Shown piece by piece: positions 1 to 10,681 of a stretch of DNA of 64,000 bases. Positions within the stretch are counted from its first letter, which is position 1, and each line of letters opens with the position of its first letter. Source of the DNA: Gordius albopunctatus (Eukaryota); assembly GCA_964276515.1 (NCBI GenBank), contig OZ193910.1:5580001-5644000 (forward strand), given 5' to 3'. The translations under genes were made by a program, and so were the position numbers. The notes under the pieces are model-generated. The model was not told the DNA's origin and ran no database searches. It saw only the letters and a program-made list of their open reading frames with translations.

Positions 1-311
1 TGATAAGTTTCTTCCATCTTTACCGGGTGAGTGCCATGTCTTGACTAATCTCTTTAGTTTCCATAACTTTATCGACTTGCCCTTTCCACGTGACACGGGG
101 TCGTCCCTCTTCCTCTCTTCCCCGGTACCTCCATGTCCAATACTTTTCTATTTACGTCATCCGTATCCCTCCTTAGTATATGACCATACCACCTTAGCCG
201 ATTTTCGTTAATCACGTCCGCCATAGATTGAATACCCATTTTTGTCATAAAAATGTCATTCGTCATATGGTCGAGCTTAGTATACTCCAAGCTCCACCGT
301 ATCATTCTCAT
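1..311 (-). mobile_element. 5'-truncated RTE-clade LINE fragment (RT C-terminal region); 3' end runs off the window
   Basis: Encodes MRMIRWSL...RLRWYGHILRRD...GKRGRG. It is nearly identical to 3031-3347 up to position 311, where similarity stops abruptly. Confidence 0.85.
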
Positions 312-1069
312 GGTCAAATTCTACTCTTGCTCGGTGATATGGCGCTCACGTCAACTGACGCTCCAGACGCGTTTGAGGATTTTCAAAGTCACGTTCCTAC
401 CAATCCTCCTATACGGTTGCGAATCTTGGTCGCTGAAGGCTCCTAGCTTAAAGAAACTGCAAGTCAGTCTTAATAAAATGCTACGTATCGTTTGCCGGAT
501 ATTTTATCCGTTGAGAATAACCAACGAGGATCTATGGGTGCGTTGCAAAATCGCTCCAATTAAAAATATTCTACTCGCGAGAAAATGGGGTTTTTTGGCT
601 CATCAAGTGCGGAGGAAGGGAACCAACTACTGTCTATCTTCCCTGTTCTGGTGTCCACCTCAGCTAAAAGGTCGCAAATGCAATGGCAGCTGGCTTTACA
701 AGGTGTTCCGCGATGTCCAAACAATGGTCCATGATTGGAATTCATTGCTGCCCATCATGCAAGACAGGAAACGTTGGAAAGACTTCTCAAAGAACAAATT
801 ATTACGGCTCCCCCAGTAAGGATCTTCTCACACACTATTCATTTACGACCTTGCATTAAAGGCTTTACATTACTTTCAAGTCAACAGGTATTACATATTT
901 ACATGTCATAATTACACTGCATGTTAATCATTTTTTTACAGCCTACTTACACACGTTATCACTAACGTGGCCTGATGCGCCATTTGGCGTTAGAAGGGGC
1001 TCAACCTTATATTGCACTAACTAAGCTCTTGGGCGTCTTCGCGGCAAACTTACTTACTTACTTACTTAC
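312..1069 (+). mobile_element. 5'-truncated non-LTR retrotransposon (second RTE-like family) with 3' UTR and (CTTA)n tail
   Basis: ORF to 819 has LINE RT C-terminal motifs (IW.S..L...TRLRIF...LPILLYGCESW, RITNEDL, DRKRW). A UTR with a GC hairpin (CGCCATTTGGCG) follows, then ACTTACTTACTTACTTACTTAC at 1048-1069. Confidence 0.8.
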
Positions 1070-1789
1070 ATATTTTAAAAATGTCCATAATCAACACAAG
1101 ATTATATCACTATATAAATAAAATTGTAAAACCTTTAGTAAAAATTTAATTCTTATTTTATAATGCCTGGAAATCGGCTTATGTGCGTGTTATTGGAAAA
1201 GGGCTTAGACATGATTTAGACGACACTTAACTTATAGAACTCGACATAAACAACACATTAAAGTATCACACCACTCACATGGCATCAAAAGATTTAATCC
1301 CCATTATGGTAATTTTTAAAATCTCTGAGGCAGAAGTAGGATTTCAATCGGACAAAAAATTATAATGTATTTTATGAAAGACAAAATCATTATTTTTAAA
1401 ATTTTAAACTTTTTTTATTAAATAAAACTTTTGAAGATAAAGGCATATTCTTCTATAAAAATCAAATAATCATTAAATTTCCGGAAGTTAATGTGCAAAA
1501 ATGGCAAATATATTAATTAAATTTAAATCTTAAATATTTTACCTGAGGAACTTATACGTTAGCTTTTGCTTTAAGTTTGTAATGAAACTGTATTCCAATA
1601 CTTTTCTAAATACTTTATGCTATGCTGTGCTATAAGTAATAGCAATACATTACTCTAACTATCCCATCGCAACTAACATAAAAGACTCAGGAGAAGATAG
1701 ACTTAAGTTGATTTAAATACAACCACGCACAGTCACACCACATCGCGCACAAAGCAAAAACTTTACAAAATAGCGGTAATCCTAATATA

Positions 1790-2129
1790 TCTTATATGTA
1801 TATAAAAATGAAACTATGTGTGTGTGTGTATATATGCCGCCACCAATTTTGGAAAACTACCAGACCGATTTGGCTCAAAATTTCACAGTTTATTTCTGAC
1901 ACTCCTGAGCATGTTTTAAGATTTGTTCGAGCCAAATCGGTCCAGTAGTTTTCGAGTATTCGTACGCGTTGCAGTGTATACGGAAATAGAACAATAGAAG
2001 TAGAAAATATAGACATCAAACTTTATTTTTACCTCAATAACCGCTTTATCATCATATATGCACTAAAATTCCAACATAATTTAATACACCCGGGTAAATG
2101 GCAAAACAACGTTTGCCGGGTTCATCTAG
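1790..2129 (+). mobile_element. Non-autonomous Helitron
   Basis: A|TC start (TCTTATATGTATATAAAAATG), a (TG)n tract, a subterminal hairpin GGCAAA-ACAACG-TTTGCC (2100-2117), and a CTAG|T end at 2129. Confidence 0.8.
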
Positions 2130-2299
2130 TACAGTATATTGAGTGATAAGTCCACAAATGTCTATTTTTCCTTAAAAATTCCATAATTAATATAAATTAA
2201 ATTTTTAATCGTTAATGTATTTTATATTTAATATGGATAAATCTAAAAATTTCTATTTTATATTGTATATGTAAAAAATAAATAACATAGTGTAAAAAG

Positions 2300-2557
2300 A
2301 CATTAACCCTAAATCACCTTACCTAGCCTACAGATTTAGGGTATAAATGCTCTATAAGATTGAAATTAATTTTACCCTCAAACCTAAGCTTTAGGCTATT
2401 TTAAAAATTTTGACCTCAAGGTTTGAGGTTGATAATGACCTTAAGGGTTGAGGTTAATATTGACCTCAAACCTCGATATAGAGGTTAGAGTTTTTAAAAT
2501 ACCTCAAAGCTAACCTATTAGAGTAGATTGATAAAACCTGAGGATTTTCCATCACTA
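2300..2557. mobile_element. MITE remnant (AACCTCA/TGAGGTT-rich, CATCACTA end)
   Basis: Repeated ACCTCA/TGAGGT motifs ending in CCATCACTA. The same end motif occurs at 20392-20399. Confidence 0.45.
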
Positions 2558-2559
2558 AT

Positions 2560-2978
2560 TGTAAGTCGGTAACTAAGGATATAAAGGAAACAGCAATTCG
2601 CGTTCTGGGACGAACGAAAGGAGGCAAAGATATGAATAGGTAACTATGGTGGTTGGATCAATCGGTTAGAGATTCCATAGAAAGAAAAAAAATCTATAAA
2701 GACGGTGGGATACATCAAAAAAGTCGGAGAATCATCAAGAATAGAGGGAGGCAAGGAGTGCAGCGAAAAATATTGTTGCAATAGCGAAGAATGCCACGTA
2801 CACCGAGATGGCATACAAACTAGACCATAAAGGGAGCGATAGGTTTATGTACAAATTCGCCAAGGGATATGAAAAGTCGCGATATCGGAGTCCTTAAAAT
2901 AGTGAAAATCCAGAAGGGTCAAACCTTATTTAAGTAGAAGGAAGTGGTGGGAAGGATATTTCAAGGAACTTATGAATA
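2560..2978 (+). mobile_element. Degraded RTE LINE fragment (region upstream of the RT core)
   Basis: 2832-2977 matches the reverse complement of about 4903-5060 (GCGATAGG.TTATGTA.AAATT.GCCAAG...GGTCAAACCTTATT.AAG) with many indels. Confidence 0.65.
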
Positions 2979-2979
2979 A

Positions 2980-5062
2980 TCTTCTTCTTCTTTATCAGTT
3001 ATTTGGTCTCACATTAGTGGGGTTTGTTTTAATAAGTTTCTTCCATCTTGAACGGGTGAGTGCCATGTCTTGACTGATCTCTTTAGTTTCCATAACTTTA
3101 TCGACTTGCGCTTTCCATGTGACAGGAGGTCGTCCTCTTCCTCTCTTCCTCTCTTCCCCGGTACCTCCATGTTCCCTACTTTTCGATTCACGTCATCCGT
3201 GTCCCTTCTTAGTATATGCCCATACCACCTTAGTCGATTTTCGTTAAACATGTCCGCCATAGGTTGAATACCCATTTTTGTCATGAGAAAGTCATTCTTC
3301 ATAAGGTCGAGCTTAGTATACCCCAAGCTCCACCGTATCATTCTCATCTCTGTGGCTTGTAATAGCTTTAATTCCGTGGTGTTTAATGCCAATGTTTCAC
3401 TTCCATAGAGTAACACCGGTCTTACGATGGATTTGTAACCTTTGCTCTTCAGCCATATTGGCATTTTCTTGTCGCACATTACACCGGATATATTTCGCCA
3501 TTGAAGCCATCCTTTTTGGATCCGGGTATTGACTTCCGTTGCGCAACCTCCCTCTTGATGTAGCATCGAGCCAAGGTATGTGAACCTGTCTACTTTTGTG
3601 TACTTTAGATGGTCATCCAGGGATGGGGTGCCTGTACCGTTAATTTCCATATTTACCGTTTTTCGATCGTTGACCTTTAAACCATATCCAGCTAAGCGCT
3701 TTGACCACTTTTCTGCTTCTTCGAATACCTTCTCCCTTGTTTCCTCGCATAGTACTATATCATCGGCATATAGCATACACCATGGCGATGGCCTTTGAAA
3801 GTCCCTCGTTATCGTGTCTATAATTATATTAAATAAAAAGGGACTTAAAGCAGAGACTTGATGTAATCCAATATTAACCCGAAAAGGTTTAGAGTCTCCA
3901 ACTGTCGTCCTAACGCAAGAGTTTGAGGCTTCATAGATATTTTTCATAAGCCGTATATATGCGTCAGGGATATTTTGTTTCCTCACGCACCACCATATTA
4001 AGTCGCGGGGGACCGTGTCATAAGCTTTCTCCAAGTCAATAAAAACCATATGTAGGTCTTTCCTCTTTTCACCATACTTATCCTAGAGGTGTGCACGGAT
4101 CAATCCGATCCGTCAAAACTCGGATCGGATGGATATGAAATTTTTCAAAAACCCCTCGGATCGGATCAAAAAACGCGAATTAAACCAGAAAATTTAGATT
4201 CTTTATTATTTTTATATAATAATATAGAATTAGTCAAATAAAATTTTATATTTATTTCAGGTCTATTAAAATTGCATTTCCTTATTTTTTTTATGTATTT
4301 TGAATTTAATCATTAATAAAAAGTTATGTTCGTAAAATCTTAATTAAAAAATGTCGGATCGGATGGGATTTAGATTTTAAAAAACTCGTATCGGATTTAG
4401 ATTTTAAAAAACTCGGATCGGATGGATATGAAATTTTTCAAAAACCCCTCGGATCGGATCGGATCAAAAAAATTTGATCCGGGGTCGATTGTGGATTTGC
4501 CGGCCACGAATCCGAATTGATAAGCCGATATTTCCACCTCGCTTTTCAGCCTTGTTACTAAGATCCTTTCCAAAAGCTTCAAGGAGTGACAAGTTAGCTT
4601 GATACCTCTGTAACTGCCGCAGTCCTGAGGGTCTCCTTTGCCTTTAAATAATGGTATAATCGTGCTTGCTCTCCATTGGTTAGGGATTCGCTCTTTTACC
4701 AATATCTTGTTAAGGAGGTTCGTCATGGTGGTGACTCCTTCTTCACGACATCCGAGCAATGCTTCCATAGGTATTCCATCTGGACCATTTGCTTTTCCTT
4801 TTTGCATCTTGTTCATTTGTGTTCTAACTTCATCCTCCTGAAAGAGTTCGCCATATTTATATTTTGCTCAATTTCGGGAAGGGAATCCTTGTCATTTGCA
4901 ATATTCATAAGTTTCTTAAAATATTCTTTCCACCTTTCCATCACTTCTTTCGGCTTGAATAAGGTTTGACCTTTCTCGCTTTTGACTATTTTAAGAACTC
5001 CAACATCGCGACTTTTCTTCTCCCTTATCTTGGCCAATTTATACATAAGCCTATCGCCCCCC
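2980..5062 (-). mobile_element. 5'-truncated RTE-clade LINE, reverse transcriptase pseudogene interrupted by a MITE
   Basis: ORFs 4813-5046, 4397-4816 and 3009-4049 give KANGPDGIP, SYRGIKL, QFGF, FIDLEKAYD, LHQ.SALSP and YADD RT motifs. There are frameshifts and a (GAA)n tail at 2980-2990. Confidence 0.92.
4084..4481. mobile_element. hAT-type MITE (TAGAGGTGTGCACGG end, CGGAT repeats), one end lost
   Basis: Interrupts the RTE ORF between ...KSTIDP and DKYGEKRKDLH. It has an internal direct repeat (about 4117-4168 and 4410-4460) of AACTCGGATCGGATGGATATGAAATTTTTCAAAAACCCCTCGGATCGGATC. Confidence 0.7.
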
Positions 5063-5734
5063 TATGATAAAAATAGATACGTTTATTATTACCCATCTTT
5101 ATCGTTTTAAATTACCCTGATTTAGCGATTATTATTTTTAACTCGCTTACACGCAGATATATTTTTATTACCATGATTTAGCGATTATTAATATTATATT
5201 ACCTCGCGATCACTAGTTGATTTTATTTAATTAATTAATCTTTTTCTTTTTTTGGTGGAAAATAAAAAGGGGAAAAAACAAGAAATTTTATCGCGCGCAT
5301 GCGTATACATTTTATCGCGTATTTTTCCGACGCGTCGCTTAAAGAAATGAATTTGAAGCCTGCACAGTTTAAAGGCATAATTACAAAATTGCTGAGAATT
5401 CAATAAATCCTTTAGTTCTATTTTTGGGGATATATTATATAGATTCGAATTAAAATGTATGATAACTCCTAACTGGTTACTAATCACACAAGCGCGTCTT
5501 AGACGCCAATAAGAAAAGCTAGAAAATTACTGTGCTTTTGTACAAATAAATTAAAATTTTGAATACAAACCAATGTCATAAGACATTGATAATAATATGT
5601 ATTTAAAAGAAGAGAAGTTGACCTATGTATTAAGTCTATGATACTAAAAAGATTTGAATTTCATCAATAAAAGCAATAAGTGAACGTTTATTCTAAGACC
5701 TAGGAAACAATTTCCTGGCTTAGTCCATCTCCCA

Positions 5735-5916
5735 ATCAACTCGATATGCCAGATAATACGTATATTGTCCCAACGATAAGGATATTGACTTGTATGTGCA
5801 GAAATGCCTAGAATGTGGAAAAATATCAATTCGATATGCCGGGTAATACGTATATTGTCCCAACGATAAGGATATTGACTTGTATGTGCAGAAATGCCTA
5901 GAATGTGAAAAAATAT
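5735..5916. repeat. Two-copy tandem duplication, 90-bp period
   Basis: TCGATATGCC...CCTAGAATGTG starts at both 5741 and 5831, with only a few substitutions. Confidence 0.9.
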
Positions 5917-7409
5917 AAAATATAGCTTCTAATATTTTAAAATGAATGAATTAAAATGAGTTTAATTGCCCAAAATTTATTTAAACTTTTCAAACTGGGC
6001 AAGTTGAATTGTGTCAACTCTTATAGACCTGCCATCCCTCCAAAATTGCATAGCAATATTAATACTGTTTCTCTTTCGAATTTAGAAAGGCCTAGGTCTA
6101 AAGCTTCACAAATAAAAGCAGATGGTGTTGGAGACCTTGTCAAAGTCGAAAAACGGAAACTATATATATACCTTTATATATAAATACTATAATGGTGCAC
6201 ATTAAATAAATTTGTCATCACATGTTAATTCTCATTAAAAATTACGCTTTCTTATTAATAAGCTATAATTTTTAATTTATATCAGTTATTTAAAAATATA
6301 ATTACTTTGATTTAGCCAAAGTGTAATAACTAACTTCATAATAATTTATTATTTTTAACGGATGTAAATTATTTAAAATGATTAATTGTGAATAATTAAA
6401 TATACACATATTGTTAAAATGATTAAAATAAATAATTAAAATGTTATTCCGGTATAGCAAGTAATATATGTGTTTAAAGTATTTATTTACTTTATTTAAT
6501 ACTAATAAAAAAGGGAAACGAAAAGAGTTCGTAAGTTAGTAAGAAGTGTTTTAAACTCAATCGCAAATTAATTGAATAAATCAATTACATTTAGTTGTGA
6601 ATCCGCGAGGTATATTTGATTGGTCAATTAGCGTCGCGAAGTAGTAAGGTAATGTAAATGAGTCCATTAACGTCTCGAAGTAGAGTTAAGTAATATTCCG
6701 CGAGCATTCAATTAAATATTATGGATGCAACACTACATGTGCACAAATTGCTTAGTCAATTTTCTGTCTAATGGAAAAAATTAACGATTATCATGGAAGG
6801 ACAAAGGAATATATCCCTTTTTTAAATACATTTTTAGGGGTTGTGAGACAGAGGTAATAAGGGTAGTTGTCGCATTTGGCAGAAAATTATTGCCATTTTC
6901 TAATATTTCGACATAATAAGGGTTTTAGTAAAAGCGAGAAGATCCTTGATTTGGTGAATGGCGCGATGACATAGAACAAGTGAAGCGTTAGTCAGAGTCC
7001 CTATTGCTAAGAATCTAGTGATTGGCTTTTAGGCTTATTGCCATCTTCGTGTAGACTTGTGGGCTTAAAAAAGGAGGGGAAACTAGTCTTGTACAAATAA
7101 TTTTAAAAGTTATTTGTTTACCGAGGCTTTTATTGCGATATTAGTTTGACAGGATTCTTAAAATGAGGTCTGTTGAACTAGTAAATATAACTAAAGCATC
7201 TTCAAATTTTGTAACATCCTCTCTGATGTGATGATAAAATCTGTGGTTAATTAATCAAAAGACTTTAAATTTGACTATATTGGCGAAAATATTTTTGAGC
7301 GCCCCAGCGATTTCTGTGTCTGCCAAACGATTCTTTTGGATAAAATATTTCGTTGGAAACAATCTTAATAGACTAGACTCATGGACATAAAGCAAATAAT
7401 GCATTTGTT

Positions 7410-8060
7410 TTGCCATTTAAAAAATTAACTTTTACTAGTGTTGTAAAACATAATCAAAAAAATAATAATGATAAAACTTTTATACATTTCCCGCATTACC
7501 CATCACTACCATTTACATTTATCAAAAGCATTAAAAAATATAAAAAAAGTAACGATATTAATAACATAATCATCAAGCAAAAACCCAAAGAATCACTCTT
7601 AACCACCTTACAAAATAACTATGATTCCAATTTACAGACAAATAACGTAATCTATAAAATTACATGTAGTGATTGCAACTAGTTTTACATCGGGGAAACT
7701 AAAGGAGATTTGAGAGTTAGGCTTAAAGAGCACTTGGCGGTTTTATATCGCCACAACGTGATATCAACAGGAGTATCTAACCACATTTTCAAGGAAAATC
7801 ATATGTCAAAACTTAAACAATCAATTTCACTTTTTACAAAAACATATTTTGAATGGAAGACGTTAGAGTCCTTCTTTATTAGAAGACTTAACCCCACTCT
7901 TAATGAAGATATGGGAAGGGTAACCCCTCTACCCTTGGTAAAATACTGATTTATCACTACCAAAAGAAAATTCCATTTAGTTTAATTCTATTTTATTTAA
8001 ATTTATTTAACTTATGCTTATCTAATGATGTCCTCTATGAGAACACGAAATATTATAATT
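7410..8060 (+). mobile_element. Penelope-like retroelement remnant (GIY-YIG endonuclease C-terminus and downstream region)
   Basis: Reading through one stop gives NNVIYKITCSDCN*FYIGETKGDLRVRLKEH...VSNHIFKENH...LESFFIRRLNPTLNED.G, the PLE GIY-YIG signature with CxxC and His residues. Confidence 0.85.
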
Positions 8061-8124
8061 ATTATATTTTGTTTTTAACACCCTCGACAATCCCCGATAA
8101 TATATCCATGAACAACATTAATTA

Positions 8125-8191
8125 TGAGGGTAAAAATCTTCTAAAACCTCACTACTGTGGGACCTATTACATGATGTAGAAGAAGAAGAAG
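8125..8191 (+). mobile_element. Very short RTE 3'-end remnant
   Basis: ...TGTGGGACCTATTACATGATGTAGAAGAAGAAGAAG resembles the RTE end at 14025-14061 (TGTGGGACCAAATAACTGATAAAGAAGAAG). Confidence 0.45.
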
Positions 8192-8835
8192 TAGAGTTCT
8201 GATGGACTCAGAATATTTTATGTTTTAATAATGGATTACCTTCATTTTGTTTTTTAAATTGTTGAATTTTTTAAATTTTAGAGAAAATCAATCATTAACA
8301 CCTGCTACCTTTAATAATTGACCCATAGTCCATCACAAGCTGCATAACACTTTCAAATTTACTTGTGCAATGATGTAAGCTTTTTAGGTACTCTAATAAA
8401 TATTCAGAAACATTGATATTATTTGATAATTTTGGTGTTGTTTAATGAAGGTCGACATAAAACCTAAATTTACAAAAAAAATAGCTCATTGTGGGTTAAA
8501 ATGTTTACATTTACTCTTTGCATTGGTTAATTTTTTATAAAAAAAACAAAACATTATTTAGGACTACCATAATTTATAAAGTAGAATACAGCTTATAAAT
8601 ATGAAATGAATAAAGCCTTATTATTTTGCATGTTGGCTGCCGTGCACAAGACACCTGAGGCTTGCCAGCCAGATCCCGGAGGCGAGAAAACTCTGGATCG
8701 GACTCGAACAAAAAATAATAAAATAATGGGGCCTTGGACCAGATTCCGGATTTATGGACCCGCCAAACGATATCCTTAATTAGGAGATATATTGTTCATG
8801 CAGCGTACGTACAATAGCTTTTAAAAAATCTCTAC

Positions 8836-9427
8836 TGTCATGTATGTCATATATGGATTCTTTTAAAGACGAGCAACCAGAGACGCGACATATATGGAGT
8901 CTTTGAAGACTATCAACCAGAGGCGCGGGGTAATTACCAGGTGCTGGACGATAGTAAGTGATAGACAAGAGAAATCTAAGAAAGAAGAGTAACGTAAAGT
9001 ACGCAAGAGAGAATAACAACTGGCGCAAGACTCCCAGAAGACGAGATTATTATCCGGGACAAAGAGCTCACATCGTCGAACATTCATCAATATTAATTAA
9101 CTAATTTTCCTGGGAATAAACCGATTTTATTCCAAGTAAATGACATAATCGGTTTATTCCCAGGAAAATTAGTTAATTAATATTGATGAATGTTCGACGA
9201 TGTGAGCTCTTTGTCCCGGATAATAATCTCTTCTTCTGGGGGTCTTGCGCCAGTTGTTATTCTCTCTTGCGTACTTTACGTTACTCTTCTTTCTTAGATT
9301 TCTCTTGTCTATCACTTACTATCGTCCAGCACCTGGTAATTACCCCGCGCCTCTGGTTGATAGTCTTCAAAGATTCCATATATGTCGCATCTCTGGTTGC
9401 TCGTCTTTAAAGAATCCATATATGACA
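8836..9427. repeat. Foldback element: two inverted ~282-bp LTR-like arms, TGTCA...TGACA termini, 5-bp TSD TCTAC
   Basis: Arm 8845-9126 is the reverse complement of arm 9147-9427 with about 5 differences and a 20-bp spacer. TCTAC lies at 8831-8835 and 9428-9432. Confidence 0.88.
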
Positions 9428-10611
9428 TCTACTTTTATTTTTATTGTATATAAAATATTCATGCAAATATCATTATAAAAAATTAATATCAAAACTTTGG
9501 AAAACAATAATTAATAACGCTCGCATCATCCGAGTTTTATAAAATGTCTAAGCAGCACCTGGGACCTTGTGTTTAATAACTTTACCTGCCATAGAGAAGA
9601 ACACAACCCTTATAACGTTGGCTTGCAAATCATTAAAATAAAAGGTAGGAAAAAATATATTAATAAGCTATTCCGTGATAATCATGAATCATTTTTATTA
9701 TACAAAAATTAAAAAACAATTTGTAAATACATTTCACACGCAAGAACGGAATTTTTAAAAATAATTTTGGGCTCCAGTCGGGTTCTGTCAAATATTAATC
9801 GATGAAAAGCAATTTTCAAGGCTCTATATATGGATAATTAAAAAATGTTGTTCCATTTATTCATTTAAAGTGCAAAACCGACTTCGTGATTTTTTAAATC
9901 ATCTGTAAAAAAGTTACTTAGCACTGCGTATATACGCATCTTTGAAACAAAGATTTGTCTTATAAATTATTTTTGTTTCAGTAGTAGCCAATAGGCCTAT
10001 TTTTAGGGAAATATATAAGCGCATTTTATCTCTCACTTGTGAACAATAGTAACTTTTATCTTAATTAGAAAAAATGACAATCGTTAATATTTATTACTAT
10101 GTTCTTAGCATCGTTTTTGTTTTGGTCCTACAATAAATAACTCAAACAAATATAATAAATCACAATTAAGCCTACTCTAAGTCTACAAAGTAATTATATC
10201 TTTGCACGTCTAAGCCTGTCTTTTACACTTTAAAACTTTTTAAATCAGGTCCATAATGGTATATGGTTCCTAAACCTAAAGCTGCGGGCTGACAAAACAT
10301 GTAAGTTATTACAAAATTCATAAGGTTATCTTTATTTTTTACTCTGATACCAAATTATCCAATTATTAACCTAATCGTGCAGACCACCACCTCAATTATT
10401 CGCTACGATGTCCCACGTAGTATTAAAAGAATGTTCATTTTTGATCCTCAATGACAACGGCACATTATATTTCGTCCAAAATTTTTCCTTATAGCTTTTG
10501 TCACACTTGGTGGTCAACATTTTAGAGATTGAATAAGCGGTGACGCTCTGCTATCCAATTCTGACATCCGTTTTGACGATGTGATATATTTTATATCTTT
10601 TAAAATAAAGT

Positions 10612-10681
10612 GCTGTGAGCGGGATTTGAACCGCGAGCTCTTATTTCAAAGTCAAATCCCATAGCATTATGCCCTCATGCC
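10612..10681 (-). pseudogene. Degenerate tRNA-like sequence (tRNA pseudogene or SINE head)
   Basis: The reverse strand has B box GGTTCAAATCC in a T-arm-like stem and a CTTTGAA loop (TTG, Gln-like). The acceptor and anticodon stems pair poorly. Confidence 0.45.

Noticed and set aside
2971..5072. TATGA(A)TAA as TSD of the long RTE copy
   Set aside because: The left copy is explained as part of the neighbouring RTE fragment, and the match is imperfect and AT-rich.
5956..6183. ORF YRPAIPPKLH...VKVEKRK as a host exon
   Set aside because: No recognisable domain and no convincing splice partners.
8780..9478. Mirror-image ORF pairs (8780-9028, 8863-9090, 9183-9410, 9245-9478)
   Set aside because: These are by-products of the inverted repeat and show no recognisable protein motif.
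10249..10300. Exon-like segment (CAG|GTCCAT...ACAT|GTAAGT)
   Set aside because: The splice signals are good but the peptide is unrecognisable and it cannot be linked to a gene. It could be a non-coding exon; unsupported.
10612..10681. Functional tRNA-Gln gene
   Set aside because: The acceptor and anticodon stems do not pair well, so it is kept only as a pseudogene or SINE-like remnant.
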